Positions 11,601 through 21,829 of a stretch of DNA of 64,000 nt are shown piece after piece. Position 1 is the first letter of the stretch, and every line of letters begins with the position of its first letter. Below the pieces are notes generated by a model, which saw only the letters and a list, made by a program, of their open reading frames with translations, was not told the DNA's origin and ran no database searches. This DNA is from Coleofasciculus chthonoplastes F2-STO-03 (GTDB taxonomy: Bacteria > Cyanobacteriota > Cyanobacteriia > Cyanobacteriales > Coleofasciculaceae). The stretch lies in the NCBI GenBank assembly GCA_040222015.1, contig JAVJWO010000040.1, positions 1-64,000 on the forward strand, read 5' to 3'. Made by a program: the position numbers and the translations under genes.

Positions 11601-14212
11601 TTACCGTTACGCTACCCCAAGGAATTGATGGTGATTACTTTTTCATTGTCCAAACTGATGCCGGGAATCAAGTCTTTGAATTAAATAACGAAACTGACAA
11701 TAATGGAGTTAGTCAAATCCTCACTATTAATGACGTTAACGAATCTCCCAGAATTACTTCTAACTCCACTCCTAACCTAGATGAAAACACGACTCTAGTT
11801 ACTACCATTACCGCAACTGATCCTGATGGCGATATTCCTACCTTCTCGATTACCGGAGGAACCGATAGTAGTCTCTTTACCCTTGATGCCAACACAGGAG
11901 AATTAAGCTTTAACAACCCTGCCAACTTCGAGACTCCCCTAGATGCCGATGGAAATAACAGTTACGACGTAGAAATTACGGCTGATGATGGTAATGGCGG
12001 TAGCGATAGTCAATCCCTCACGATTACCGTTAACGTCGTTAACGAATCTCCCACAATTACCTCTAACTCCACTCCTAACCTAGATGAAAACACAACCTTA
12101 GTTACCACCATTACCGCCACTGATCCTGATGGCGATACTCCCACCTTCTCCATTACCGGAGGAACCGATAGTAGTCTCTTTACCCTTGATGCCAACACAG
12201 GAGAATTAAGCTTTAACAACCCTGCCAACTTTGAGTCTCCCCTAGATGCCGATGGAAATAACAGTTACGACGTAGAAATTACGGCTGATGATGGTAATGG
12301 CGGTAGCGATAGTCAATCCCTCACGATTACCGTTAACGATGTTAACGAAACTCCCCTCGCTAACAACGATAACTTCAGTACGGATGAAGCTACCGCCTTC
12401 ACGACTACCAATGTTTTAGACAACGACAATGACCCCGATTCTAGCGATACAATCAGCGTTTCTAACCTTGATACCACAACCACTTTAGGTTTAGTCATCA
12501 ATAACGGTGATGGCACATTCTACTACGATCCAAATGGTCAATTTGAATCCCTCGCTGTCGGAGAAACAGCTATCGATAACTTTAGCTACACAATCGACGA
12601 CGGTAACGGCAACACTGACACCGCTACCGTTAACATTACCCTCAACGGCGTTAACGATATTCCCATTGCCAATGATGATAATTTCACCATCAACGAAGAC
12701 TCTGCTTTCACCACAGCCAACTTCTTAGACAATGACAGCGACATCGACAGCAATGATACTCTTACCTTCGCCAGTCTCGATACCAGCAATACCCTCGGCA
12801 CCGTCACGCTGAATGCCGATAATACCCTCACCTACAACCCCAATCATGCCTTCGCTTTTCTTACCCAAGGAGAAACCGCTACCGACAGCTTCATCTACAC
12901 CCTATACGACGGCAACGGTGGCATCGATACCGCCACAGTCACCGTAACCATTAATGGTAGCAACGACGCACCCACCCTGAGTACCATTAACAAATCCGGG
13001 GATGAAGACACGACGATTTCCTTCACGGCGACTGACTTTACCACTGTATTTAATGATGCTGAAGGAGATAGTCTCAGCCAAATTAATATCCTATCTCTCC
13101 CTGCTAACGGTGTCCTCCGTTTAAACGGTACCGCCGTAACCCCAGGGGAAACTATTGCGGCGATCAACCTAGATAACCTCAGCTTTACTCCCGATGCCAA
13201 CTTCAATGGCACCACCAGCTTTATCTGGAATGCCGCTGATGGTTCCCTATTTGCTTCGGGTGCAGCCGTTAATCTTGCGATCGCGTCGGTGAATGATAAC
13301 CCAGTGAGTGGAGATGATCAGGCTACGACTCTAGAAAATACAGCCGTAACTATCGATATCCTGGCTAATGATAGTGATCCGGTAGAAGGAGACTCTGTAT
13401 TTATAGACAGCTTTGATGCCATTTCCCTTCTGGGTAGCACAATTAGCCAAGATGATAACGGCACACCTAATGACTTAACTGATGATCAACTTGTTTATAC
13501 GCCTGAATTTGGCTTTGTCGGCACAGATAGCTTCACCTACACAATCTCTGATGGCAATGGGGGAACATCCACCGCCACCGTGGATGTCGTTGTCGAACCC
13601 ATCCAGGATATGACTCTCTTTGGCACTCCCCTCGACGATACCCTTGTCGCTAATATCGGTGACGATACCCTCTTCGGTTTAACCGGTGAGGATATCCTGA
13701 ATGGAAAAGCAGGGGATGACTTTGCCGACGGTGGTGCTGATGATGATCAGCTTCAGGGAGAGGCTGGAAATGATACCCTTTTGGGTAATTCAGGGAATGA
13801 CTTCCTCGATGGCGGAGAGGGTGATGACATCTTAGACGGCGATACCGGAGATGACATCCTGTTTGGTGATTTAGGCAACGATACCCTCAACGGTGGTGCA
13901 GATCGTGACTTCCTCAGTGGCGGAGTAGGAGACGATCTCCTGGATGGTGGCACCGGTAGCGATCGCCTATTTGGTGGTGCTGGTGCTGATAAGTTCCGGT
14001 TACAATCTGGTACGGGAGGGGATCTGATTTTTGATTTTAGCGATGGTGAGGATTCTTTTTTACTCACCGATGGTTTAACCTTCGGGCAGTTAAGTATTAT
14101 ATCTAATGGTTACAGTACCTTAATTCGTGATAGTGGTAGCAGTGAATTATTAGTGACAGTTTTAGGTGTATCAGACTCTTTAATTACTCAAGCTGACTTT
14201 ACTCAGGGTTAG
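8645..14212 (+). CDS. Large secreted CARDB/cadherin/Ig-like repeat protein with RTX Ca-binding C-terminus (probable type I-secreted adhesin)
   Basis: ~8 CARDB-like repeats (DLxV...E.DE.DN), 2 cadherin repeats (TATDPDGD), Ig-like/VCBS repeats (ANDD..F), GGxGxD nonapeptides and a T1SS-like tail. Confidence 0.88.
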   Translation: MLLGKTDNDDNTLIVPFNVLTPNLEVSAAQVTDANGNPVTSVAADERVTLSWTVLNSSTTATAGANWWDRIYISQDTTLDSSDTLLLSEYTSSFTPLAAGNDYTINHNATIPEIATGDYFFLFKADGSENQQEADETDNIRAIPIQIDAPNLEVSAAQVTDGDGNPVTSVAADETVTLSWTVFNSSTTATAGADWFDRVYISQDTTLDSSDIRLVNYFINSHTPLVAGNNYTVTSNPIIPEIPTGDYFFLFKADGSENQQEADETDNIRAIPIQIDAPNLEVSSAQVTDGNGNPVTSVAADETVTLSWTVFNSSTTATAGANWWDRIYISQDETLDSSDTLLLSEYTSSFTPLAAGNDYTINHNATIPEIATGDYFFLFKADGSENQQEADETDNIRAIPIQIDAPNLEVSAAQVTDANGNPVTSVAVDETVTLSWTVFNSSTTATAGADWYDRVYISQDTTLDSSDVRLVNYFINSHTPLVAGNNYTVTSNPIIPEIPTGDYFFLFKADGSEQQQEADETDNIRAIPIQIDAPNLEVSSAQVTDGDGNPVTSVAADETVTLSWTVLNSSTTATAGANWYDRVYISQDTTLDSSDVQLLNRNTASLTPLAATDNYTVTNNVTIPEIATGNYFFLFKADGYEEQQETDETDNITAIPIQISPPADLVVNSVTAPATANFGDTITIDWQVANSGIGTTTRTWRDRVFLSSDNTISTNDTILLTEFAPTTLASGQTYNQSVSVTLPLNNSITAGTYFLLAETDNLEQQFETNETNNVNSTQIELTIPPTPDLIVSNIIAPTTAVSGQGIEVSWTLTNQGDGTASGTWTDQVFLSDNLTVGNDQFLDSFTFTGTLAPGESITRTQIVTAPIDFAGDHYFVVDTDTNNQIFEFTEDNNNSAIDDQAISLELSPTPNLQVTSVTAPTTAFSSQETVVAWIVTNSGTAATSTPIWTDQVWLSLDQILDNNDTLLGSTTNPSFLNVGDSYSNSLTVTLPQGIDGDYFFIVQTDAGNQVFELNNETDNNGVSQILTINDVNESPRITSNSTPNLDENTTLVTTITATDPDGDIPTFSITGGTDSSLFTLDANTGELSFNNPANFETPLDADGNNSYDVEITADDGNGGSDSQSLTITVNVVNESPTITSNSTPNLDENTTLVTTITATDPDGDTPTFSITGGTDSSLFTLDANTGELSFNNPANFESPLDADGNNSYDVEITADDGNGGSDSQSLTITVNDVNETPLANNDNFSTDEATAFTTTNVLDNDNDPDSSDTISVSNLDTTTTLGLVINNGDGTFYYDPNGQFESLAVGETAIDNFSYTIDDGNGNTDTATVNITLNGVNDIPIANDDNFTINEDSAFTTANFLDNDSDIDSNDTLTFASLDTSNTLGTVTLNADNTLTYNPNHAFAFLTQGETATDSFIYTLYDGNGGIDTATVTVTINGSNDAPTLSTINKSGDEDTTISFTATDFTTVFNDAEGDSLSQINILSLPANGVLRLNGTAVTPGETIAAINLDNLSFTPDANFNGTTSFIWNAADGSLFASGAAVNLAIASVNDNPVSGDDQATTLENTAVTIDILANDSDPVEGDSVFIDSFDAISLLGSTISQDDNGTPNDLTDDQLVYTPEFGFVGTDSFTYTISDGNGGTSTATVDVVVEPIQDMTLFGTPLDDTLVANIGDDTLFGLTGEDILNGKAGDDFADGGADDDQLQGEAGNDTLLGNSGNDFLDGGEGDDILDGDTGDDILFGDLGNDTLNGGADRDFLSGGVGDDLLDGGTGSDRLFGGAGADKFRLQSGTGGDLIFDFSDGEDSFLLTDGLTFGQLSIISNGYSTLIRDSGSSELLVTVLGVSDSLITQADFTQG
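8708..10620 (+). repeat. Five tandem ~384-bp intragenic CARDB repeats in A-B-A-B-A' pattern
   Basis: Near-identical PNLEVS(A/S)AQVTD...IPIQI units; units 1 and 3 share LLLSEYTSSF, units 2 and 4 share RLVNYFINSH. Confidence 0.9.
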
Positions 14213-14222
14213 AAATCAAAGT

Positions 14223-14314
14223 CAGGACTTACGCAGCAACACCACTTATGGGGGTAAAGGTGCGTTACGCAAGCGCTTTCACACCCTACGAATAGAGGCT
14301 TTGCGTAAGTCCTA
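14223..14314. mobile_element. MITE with 12-13 bp TIRs and probable 5-bp TSD, carrying a REP-like hairpin
   Basis: aggacttacgca ... tgcgtaagtcct, flanked on both sides by aaagt. Confidence 0.7.
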
Positions 14315-14423
14315 AAAGTAAAAACCAATATTAAGATCGCTATAGTAGGCACAAGGTCTACCAACCGCGCTGAAGCGCTTACTACAAAACGTTCCGAACG
14401 TCTCTACATCCCCATCTGCACTC

Positions 14424-15653
14424 ATGTCATTATCCCCCCAAGAAAAATCCTTAAGACACCTAATTGCCGATAAAATTGTGGCGACACCAAATCGGCGTAT
14501 TTCATTTGCCGAATATATGGATTTAGTCCTTTATCATCCCCAACAGGGATATTATGCTACGGGTGCAGTTAATATTGGCTCGGAAGGAGACTTTTTTACC
14601 TCATCCCATCTGGGTCATGATTTTGGTGAGTTACTGGCGGAACAGTTTGCCCAAATGTGGGAGATTCTGGGACACCCCGAACCCTTTACATTAGTAGAAA
14701 TGGGAGCGGGTCAAGGATTAGTTGCGGCTGATGTTTTGAATTATTTATATCAACAGTATCCGGGCTGTTTTGCGGCGTTAGACTATATCATTGTCGAAAA
14801 AGCGGCTGGATTAATCAGTAAACAGCAGCAATTTTTAAACCAGTTGAAGTTACCTAACTTACCGTTACGCTGGTGTAGCTTTGATGAGATATCGGACAAT
14901 TCAGTTATAGGTTGCTGTTTTTCTAACGAACTCGTGGATGCCTTTCCAGTGCATCAAGTTGTGCTGGAAAAGAGACAGCTTCGGGAAGTGTATGTGACAA
15001 CAGTAACGATAGAAGTAGATGAGATTCATTTTGGAGAAGTTACCGATGATAGTTCTACACCTCAGTTAAACGAGTATTTTCAGTGGATGGAAGTTGATTT
15101 ATATTCGGGGGCGTATCCAGATGGATATCGGAGTGAAGTAAATTTGGCGGCGTTAGATTGGATGAAGACGATTGCTAATAAGTTAAAACGAGGGTTTTTG
15201 TTGACCATTGATTATGGATATTCTGCCGATCGCTATTATTTACCCACCCGATATCAGGGAACATTGAAATGCTATTATAATCACCGCCATCATGATAATC
15301 CTTATGTAAATATTGGGCAACAAGATATTACCGCCCATGTAAATTTTACGGCGTTGGAACGGCAAGGAGAATTGTCTGGATTGCAAACCGTGGAATTGAC
15401 CAAACAAGGATTATTTTTAATGGCATTAGGATTAGGCGATCGCATCTCAGCATTGTCAGGATTAGGAAGCCATCAGGGACAAGCGATCGCGGGGGCGCAG
15501 GATGTGATTAGAATTATGCAGCGTCGGGATGCCTTACATCAACTGATTGATCCCACGGGATTGGGGGGTTTTACTGTGCTAGTGCAGTCTAAGGGGTTGA
15601 GTCAAGAAAAAGCGCGATCGCTTAAAGGATTAACAGTTCCGCCAATGGCTTAA
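14424..15653 (+). CDS. SAM-dependent methyltransferase, MidA/NDUFAF7 family
   Basis: GDFFTS, VEMGAGQG, SNELVDAFP, IDYGY and QDITAHVNF. Confidence 0.92.
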   Translation: MSLSPQEKSLRHLIADKIVATPNRRISFAEYMDLVLYHPQQGYYATGAVNIGSEGDFFTSSHLGHDFGELLAEQFAQMWEILGHPEPFTLVEMGAGQGLVAADVLNYLYQQYPGCFAALDYIIVEKAAGLISKQQQFLNQLKLPNLPLRWCSFDEISDNSVIGCCFSNELVDAFPVHQVVLEKRQLREVYVTTVTIEVDEIHFGEVTDDSSTPQLNEYFQWMEVDLYSGAYPDGYRSEVNLAALDWMKTIANKLKRGFLLTIDYGYSADRYYLPTRYQGTLKCYYNHRHHDNPYVNIGQQDITAHVNFTALERQGELSGLQTVELTKQGLFLMALGLGDRISALSGLGSHQGQAIAGAQDVIRIMQRRDALHQLIDPTGLGGFTVLVQSKGLSQEKARSLKGLTVPPMA

Positions 15654-15767
15654 TTTGTTGTATGTCCTTTGTCAAAAGATGTAGGGGCTTTCTTTAGGGA
15701 TTAGATGAGTAAACCCACCTCAACATAAACAACTTGCACCCGCCCTAATCCCCACCTAAATTTATCA

Positions 15768-16032
15768 ATTAACCTCAAACCCGACAACAAAATACACCTG
15801 ATTTTCAACCGCGATCGCACGCCAAAGATGTAGGGGAGATGGGGGATTGATGTGATCAGATAGGGTGGAGCAGGGCGGGTTTTGTAGAAAGGTTATCGGT
15901 TTGTCTGTTAATTTTGCCCCTAAACCCGCCCCTACATTAGATTCACTGCCCCGATATCAGATTTATATATTAACCTGAAACCGGATAATAAAACCCACCT
16001 GATTCTTAACTGCGATCGCATCCTAAAAATGC
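15768..16032. repeat. Two degenerate ~60-bp direct repeats with an intervening REP-like hairpin
   Basis: attaacctcaaacccgacaacaaaatacacctgattttcaaccgcgatcgca versus attaacctgaaaccggataataaaacccacctgattcttaactgcgatcgca. Confidence 0.65.
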
Positions 16033-16360
16033 CGGGTATGAACATTTTTAACATTTCCTATTACAGCCGACATGCTTTATGTCCAGGCACAATATGCTAC
16101 GTTTTCCACCAAGTATCCGGGATACCCGTCAAGTTATCTACACAAATCTTAACAAAGAAGCCGATCAGCCAATCAAACCTTATCGTGAATTCTAAGCATA
16201 TATACTGTATAAATTTTGATGATTTATATGATGATTTATCATTTCGTCTTGACAAGTATCGGTTTGCATCACAAGTCGATGATTAGAGGATAACTCTATT
16301 TCTCTGGCTAGAAAATATTCTTAATAAATGGCAAATGACTGATGACCAATAACCATTAAG

Positions 16361-17056
16361 TCACAAAACTCCCTTAGAACTGGGAATCATTCCAGCGCGA
16401 CGGGTATCAATTTCTGTTGCCATACGAACCGATCGCGCAAATGCTTTAAATGTGGCTTCAATAATATGATGAGAATTAATTCCATCCAGTTGGCGGATAT
16501 GCAACGTCATTTTGCTGTGGTTCACCAATGCGACAAAGAATTCCCGCACCAGTTGCGTGTCATAGGTGCCAACCCGTTGAGTCGGAATCTCTAAACCATA
16601 GCTTAAATGAGGGCGCCCCGAAAAATCGAGTGCCACTTGGACTAATGCCTCATCCAAGGGTGCGATAAAATGACCAAAGCGGACAATCCCTTTGCGATCG
16701 CCTAATGCCTGAGCAAATGCCTGTCCCAGTGTAATGCCCACGTCTTCATTGGTATGGTGATCGTCAATTTCGATATCACCCGTGGCTTTCACGTCTAGAT
16801 CAATTAACCCATGAGAGGATAACTGGTGCAACATGTGATCCAAAAACGGGATACCTGTATCAGCACTACAGGTTCCTGTACCATCGAAATTCAGGCTCAC
16901 CTGGACATCGGTTTCACCTGTGGTACGTTTCACCGTTGCTGTCCGGGCAGGGAATAGAGGAGGCTGAGACTGGGAACTGATATTTGTGCGATCGCTGGTT
17001 TGCATAGTCGCTTTTGACATTAAAACACCGTTTCTTATTGTCTCACACCTAATCAC
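16361..17056 (-). CDS. hisB: Imidazoleglycerol-phosphate dehydratase (true start probably downstream, near 17004-17019)
   Basis: [22 protein letters not shown] and NSHHIIEA. Confidence 0.97.
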   Translation of the reverse strand: MIRCETIRNGVLMSKATMQTSDRTNISSQSQPPLFPARTATVKRTTGETDVQVSLNFDGTGTCSADTGIPFLDHMLHQLSSHGLIDLDVKATGDIEIDDHHTNEDVGITLGQAFAQALGDRKGIVRFGHFIAPLDEALVQVALDFSGRPHLSYGLEIPTQRVGTYDTQLVREFFVALVNHSKMTLHIRQLDGINSHHIIEATFKAFARSVRMATEIDTRRAGMIPSSKGVL

Positions 17057-17155
17057 CTAGATTCGTATTCCATATCTTCCTCTAGAGATGCGCCATGGCG
17101 CGTCTCTACATTCATTTTTCGACGTATCAACTATTTAACTAACAACTATACCTTG

Positions 17156-17237
17156 CCCTGTTCCCTGTTCCCTGTTCCCTGTTCCCTGTTCCCTGTTCCC
17201 TGTTCCCTGTTCCCTGTTCCCTGTTCCCTGTTCCCTG
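17156..17237. repeat. Heptamer STRR (ccctgtt)n
   Basis: About 11-12 perfect copies. Confidence 0.95.
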
Positions 17238-17242
17238 ACATT

Positions 17243-18022
17243 TCAAGGAAGTTTTAACTGAGCTTGGGCGTTGAAAAACTGACGATAAATACCCCGAGTC
17301 ACCAAGATTGTAGTCGAGAGGTTAGTTGTCGCAATCATAAACATGATTAAAATTTGGTAAGATGCCGCATTCAACGGGTCAATTCCACTCAAAAGTTGAC
17401 CTGTAATAATTCCCGGTAATGTGACAATCCCCACCACCATCATTTGATTTAGGGTAGGAATCAATCCGGCGCGGATAGCATCTTTGCGGTATCCCGCCAC
17501 AGCTTGTTGCGGGGTAGCGCCTAAACTCAGGTGCGTTTCAATTTCCAAACGACTACTGGTAATCGTACTTACCAAGCGTTCACCCGCGATCGCAGATCCA
17601 TTCATGGCATTGCCCAAAACAATACCACCCAAGGGAATCAGATACTGGGGCTGATACCAGGTTTCCGGTTGAATAATCAGTAGATTGGTATAAATCAACG
17701 TTAAGGCACTACAGAAGAAAATCGAACCGAATACTACCCAGAATAGTCGGGGTATTTTTTTCCCAATCCGGTTACGGGCGGTAATTGCTGCAATGGTTAG
17801 CATTACCAGTAAAACGGCTAAAACTGCCAAGGGGTTATCTAAGGCAAAGACAACTCCCAGAAAAAACCCCACAACCAAAAGCTGTATCACCGTTCGCCCT
17901 GTCGCGATCGCTAACGGTAACTCCAATCCTAAACCCTGCCAACTGGATAAACCAATGGCGATTGCCATCATGCCCAATCCCCAAACTAAATCAAAGGGGT
18001 CAAGTTGAATAAAAGCGTTCAC
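17243..18022 (-). CDS. fetB: FetB/UPF0014-family ABC permease
   Basis: RTVIQL, YLIPLGGIVLGNAMN, LSLGAT and GIVTLPG. Confidence 0.85.
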   Translation of the reverse strand: MNAFIQLDPFDLVWGLGMMAIAIGLSSWQGLGLELPLAIATGRTVIQLLVVGFFLGVVFALDNPLAVLAVLLVMLTIAAITARNRIGKKIPRLFWVVFGSIFFCSALTLIYTNLLIIQPETWYQPQYLIPLGGIVLGNAMNGSAIAGERLVSTITSSRLEIETHLSLGATPQQAVAGYRKDAIRAGLIPTLNQMMVVGIVTLPGIITGQLLSGIDPLNAASYQILIMFMIATTNLSTTILVTRGIYRQFFNAQAQLKLP

Positions 18023-18159
18023 CGAGGTTATATCTCCTTCTTTAAAGCAATAAGTATCTGAACATAAATTCTGTTCCCTGTTTCCTGTTCCCTATTCCCT
18101 GACGAATGACGAATGACGATCTCTACGCTAGCATTTGCAGGAAGAGTAGGAAAACCAGC

Positions 18160-18276
18160 GTGGACAATCACATATTCGATTTAGTCATTGGCGGGTTCGC
18201 GATCGCGATATTAGCCGGGGGTTTACTGATGCTGTTTAAGGGAATCTTCGCATTTGGAGACCAAGACAAGCAGTAA
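18160..18276 (+). CDS. 38-aa single-TM small protein (absent from ORF track)
   Basis: GTG start after GAGTAGGA; translation MDNHIFDLVIGGFAIAILAGGLLMLFKGIFAFGDQDKQ. Confidence 0.6.
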   Translation: MDNHIFDLVIGGFAIAILAGGLLMLFKGIFAFGDQDKQ

Positions 18277-18289
18277 ACATCGCTTATAC

Positions 18290-18330
18290 CAAAGAAAACC
18301 CCCGCTAGTTCCGTCAATCTAGCGGGGGTA
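18290..18330 (-). terminator. Rho-independent terminator hairpin (U-tract on minus strand; may be bidirectional)
   Basis: acccccgctag-loop-ctagcgggggt; the minus strand continues ttttcttt. Confidence 0.75.
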
Positions 18331-18906
18331 AAGCAGGGGGATTAGGGTGCATTCTGATTGGGTTCATCCCCCTTAAAAAATAGTATGAACGCCTCATTAA
18401 ATGACAGATTTGGCTCATTCACAGTAATGGTTCTGCCGGACTTATTATGCTAAATTGCCTCAAATGACTCGCATCTTTGACTACGAAATCTGATTACACC
18501 GATTGTCTAATTAGGCGCTGTTGATAGTTCTACGGTAGGAAACTTGTACAAAGGTGTGGGAAAGGGTATGACATTTTTCAGATTGACCCTCTTTCGCCTT
18601 GAGCAATGGTGCGTTACACGTCGCTATCCTCACGATGGCGGCGTGACACAGCTAAAATGGGAATAGAATCGGCGAAAAACGCCAAGGCTTTCCTATGGGT
18701 AGAGGTAATCTTAATCAAGTTTTCTCCAAGAGAGTTAGTCATCACAAAAACAAAAAAATTAGTCCTAATAACTTGATAACTTGATTGGGAAGGAAGATAA
18801 CGGTTGACGACGATATGACTTCCAAGCTAGACGTAGCCGCACAGAGAATAAACCCCAAGGGTTTGGGTGGCATCACCCATCTTCGCGATCGCGAAGATGG
18901 AATATC

Positions 18907-19941
18907 TCAAGTATCCACCATCAGCTTCAGACGCACAATCTGTTCGCCTGTTTCATCGAGGGGAACTTCAATCACGTCATTGGTGAGACGATCCAGACAG
19001 TTGAGGAGCGATCGCAGATGAGGGGTACTTGCCCCGGTATCGACGTATAATCGGTCGGATAGGCTACTCAGCCGTTTCCAGGTGGTATAAAGTTTACCCA
19101 CGCTTTGTTCCAAAACGGATGCCTGTTTGACCAAATCAGCCGCCGTATTTAAGCAGTCTAGGCGCAGGGCTTCCTGGAGTGCCAATTCCATATCCAACGA
19201 CGAGTGCTGAATCGCTTGCACCTGGGCAGCGGCGTCGAGGTATTTTGCCAAGAAACGGGCGTCTGATGTGGTTTGTTTCACCGTATCCACATCAGGATTT
19301 GCCGCCACTTCCTCTTGTAACGGTTTCAGGTGGGATTCTGGCAACTTCTCCATTTCTTTAACTAACGGTGCTAGATAACGGGCGGGCATAGTTCCGGCTG
19401 AGGCTTTTTCCTTGACTTCATCAGGGAGTAACTCTGAGGACATGGCTGTCCATTCATCGGCTAGCTGCTTCACCTCACGCCGCGTGATCCGATCGCCTTG
19501 TTGCGCCTTATCGCTAACCAGTTGTTGCACTTCGGGGGCAGATTTGGCAGTTTCCACAAATGCCCGCTTACTGAAATTACGGATTGCATCGGGGTTGAGT
19601 TTGCCTTCGGCGAGGAGGGTATCGGCACTATTTGCCAGTTCGATCAGGGAATATGCCTGACTCTTACTAATTTCGCGACTTTTCAGCCAGTTGAGAAAGC
19701 CCGTACCGCGTCCATCCCCCCCTTTTTTCTCGCGATCGCGCACCACACGCAGAATCCGCCCGCGCCAGATCTCGGTTTGTAAGTCGAAGCGATCGCACAC
19801 TCGCCAAGCATTATCGACAAGTTGCTGAAAGTCGTATTCCTGAATATCCTCATCCTCTGGATCAGGAAGCTGGAAACTCAAATCAACGGGTTCTTCAAGG
19901 ACAGCCGCGAGTTCGGCAGTGGATTCGGGGATTTCAACCAT
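18907..19941 (-). CDS. Conserved cyanobacterial hypothetical protein
   Basis: 344-aa ORF; DRFDLQTEIWRGRIL and FSKRAF motifs; function unknown. Confidence 0.8.
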   Translation of the reverse strand: MVEIPESTAELAAVLEEPVDLSFQLPDPEDEDIQEYDFQQLVDNAWRVCDRFDLQTEIWRGRILRVVRDREKKGGDGRGTGFLNWLKSREISKSQAYSLIELANSADTLLAEGKLNPDAIRNFSKRAFVETAKSAPEVQQLVSDKAQQGDRITRREVKQLADEWTAMSSELLPDEVKEKASAGTMPARYLAPLVKEMEKLPESHLKPLQEEVAANPDVDTVKQTTSDARFLAKYLDAAAQVQAIQHSSLDMELALQEALRLDCLNTAADLVKQASVLEQSVGKLYTTWKRLSSLSDRLYVDTGASTPHLRSLLNCLDRLTNDVIEVPLDETGEQIVRLKLMVDT

Positions 19942-20143
19942 AGGGATGCTAATCGTCGAGCGATCAAACGGGGTGATTACAGCTTTTCAAATTATAGAGG
20001 GACGCCACCACTAGAGTAATAGGGGTGAGGCTGGTGCGGGTAATGCACAAGATATGCCAATCGGCAAGGATTCAGCTCACTTTTTTGGCATCAATTATGC
20101 TATGCCTATAGATAGTCAGGTCGGCTACTCCCCTATCCCCGTT

Positions 20144-20415
20144 ATGCCCCAGGATTTTTCGGGTCAAAATCTCCAAGGTCGTTCATTTAAGGGTCAAGAT
20201 CTCACGGGTGCTAATTTTAGCGTGACCAAAGTCACGCCCAGTTTGCAGGGGGTTTTGCTGAAACAGTTCATGGAACTCAGATAGGTGGCACTATTCACAA
20301 CTATGCATTTAATGTTTTAAAAAAGGGAGGTACTGAAGTATTCAAAGAAGCAATTGACCATCCCCTAATTAATATTTTGCTAGCAATGATGGAAGGCTGG
20401 CAATCGACTGAGTAG
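20144..20415 (+). pseudogene. Internally deleted pentapeptide-repeat protein gene
   Basis: N-terminus MPQDFSGQNLQGRSFKGQDLTGANFS joined out of frame to a typical C-terminus LKKGGTEVFKEAIDHPLINILLAMMEGWQ*. Confidence 0.7.
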
Positions 20416-20482
20416 AATTAGATTGTAGTCAATATATCTCATTTTGATATCAAATTCAGGTTGACTACCCTCTTTATAATGC

Positions 20483-20529
20483 AGTCCGCGCAGGCGGACT
20501 TTGTTTGTGTAGCTGCGATTTTAATCGCC
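20483..20529. repeat. 47-bp dispersed repeat (copies at 25760-25806 and 30909-30955)
   Basis: agtccgcg(c/t)aggcggactttg(t/c)ttgtgtagc(t/a)gcgattt(t/c)aatcgcc. Confidence 0.9.
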
Positions 20530-20948
20530 TAGTCGAAAGGGAGACTGCGATCTGCGATCGCGAAATTCTTGGATTAAGGCTAAATTGAGCAACAGGGTGG
20601 AGTGATCTGATTCCTCATCGCTTATGTCAAAAAATCCTGACATAAACCTGTCTCTAGTTTCGGCAAATGCTTCTGTGATAAAAAATACGTACTTTTCGTC
20701 TCATCCGTAGTAGCGGATCGGTAAGATAAGAGCAGATAGCCCGTGATGGAATAGTCATCACGCCCTTACATCTCACTTAAGGCGATCGCAAACCGATGAC
20801 AACGCTGCACTCGGATAGGAGGCTGGCGACTGAAGATAAATAGGGGTTGATTTTTCTAGGTTGCGGTAGTATCTCTAGGAGGAGAATCATCCCTCACGCG
20901 ATCGCGAATAGAGTCTGGTTGTTTCCTTAATGATGACAGCTTCAGGTT

Positions 20949-21752
20949 ATGACTACATTAAACCCTACAATTCCCGTTGATTCCGAACACCTAAAGACTA
21001 TAAGTATATTTGAACTCATCCCTCAAGAAGTTCTTAAATGGATTAATGATTTATCCTGGGAAGAGCGACGCTATGTTTTATCGCTGTGTCATTTAATCTG
21101 TACGGTTCCCTTAGATAAACAAGCAGAATTTTTAGATAACTATACGGCAGACAGCTTAGTGTTAAAACTCCTCCAAGAGCAAGCCCCTAAAGATTGGGTA
21201 ACTCGCTCGTTCAAAAAACTCCACATTAAGCAAAAACTTACGAATACTGTCTTAAAAGGCTATATTAAACAGTATTACGTTCATTCTGCCCAAGACTTAC
21301 GCACCAAACCTGATCGCGACATCGAGTATTTAGAGTCTGTTCTCCATCTCATTAATGATCCCGAAGAGCGGAATAATCTATTTCATTACATCTTAGGTAG
21401 TGAAATTATCAAAATGCTTTTCCAAATGAGCTGGCTGCAACATGAGCGATTTTATCGTTTACAGAAAAATCAGGAATATTTTATTAACCATTATATTAAG
21501 CCCATTCAACATACCCATCGCTTGAATGGTCTGGTTGTCCCTAAAGACGAAACCCTTTTCTTTGCGAAGCGGGATTACTTTATCAAAAAGCCGGATATTA
21601 GAAACAAACAATTAACTGAATTACTAATGTTTACTTTTACAACCGCTCAAGTCAGTAACCTTGGCTTTTTTATTAGCCATAATCTTGATTTTGTTATGTT
21701 TGACTATGACTCTATTTTTAACTCAGAACCAGAATGCATTTTTCTTTGCTGA
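20949..21752 (+). CDS. Conserved cyanobacterial hypothetical protein, paralog 1
   Basis: Shares MSWLQHER..LQKNQE.FI..YIKPIQ and FFAKRDY with the next ORF. Confidence 0.8.
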   Translation: MTTLNPTIPVDSEHLKTISIFELIPQEVLKWINDLSWEERRYVLSLCHLICTVPLDKQAEFLDNYTADSLVLKLLQEQAPKDWVTRSFKKLHIKQKLTNTVLKGYIKQYYVHSAQDLRTKPDRDIEYLESVLHLINDPEERNNLFHYILGSEIIKMLFQMSWLQHERFYRLQKNQEYFINHYIKPIQHTHRLNGLVVPKDETLFFAKRDYFIKKPDIRNKQLTELLMFTFTTAQVSNLGFFISHNLDFVMFDYDSIFNSEPECIFLC

Positions 21753-21829
21753 TCGGACTTTTTTAAGAATTGTAATCAAAGCGAAGACGGAACAGATACA
21801 GCACTTTCCGCTCTTATGAGATACGTTTG

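Noticed and set aside
8900..14067. Several minus-strand ORFs within the adhesin
   Set aside because: Antisense shadows of repetitive coding sequence.
20600..20940. Possible riboswitch in the long leader
   Set aside because: No recognisable riboswitch consensus by eye.
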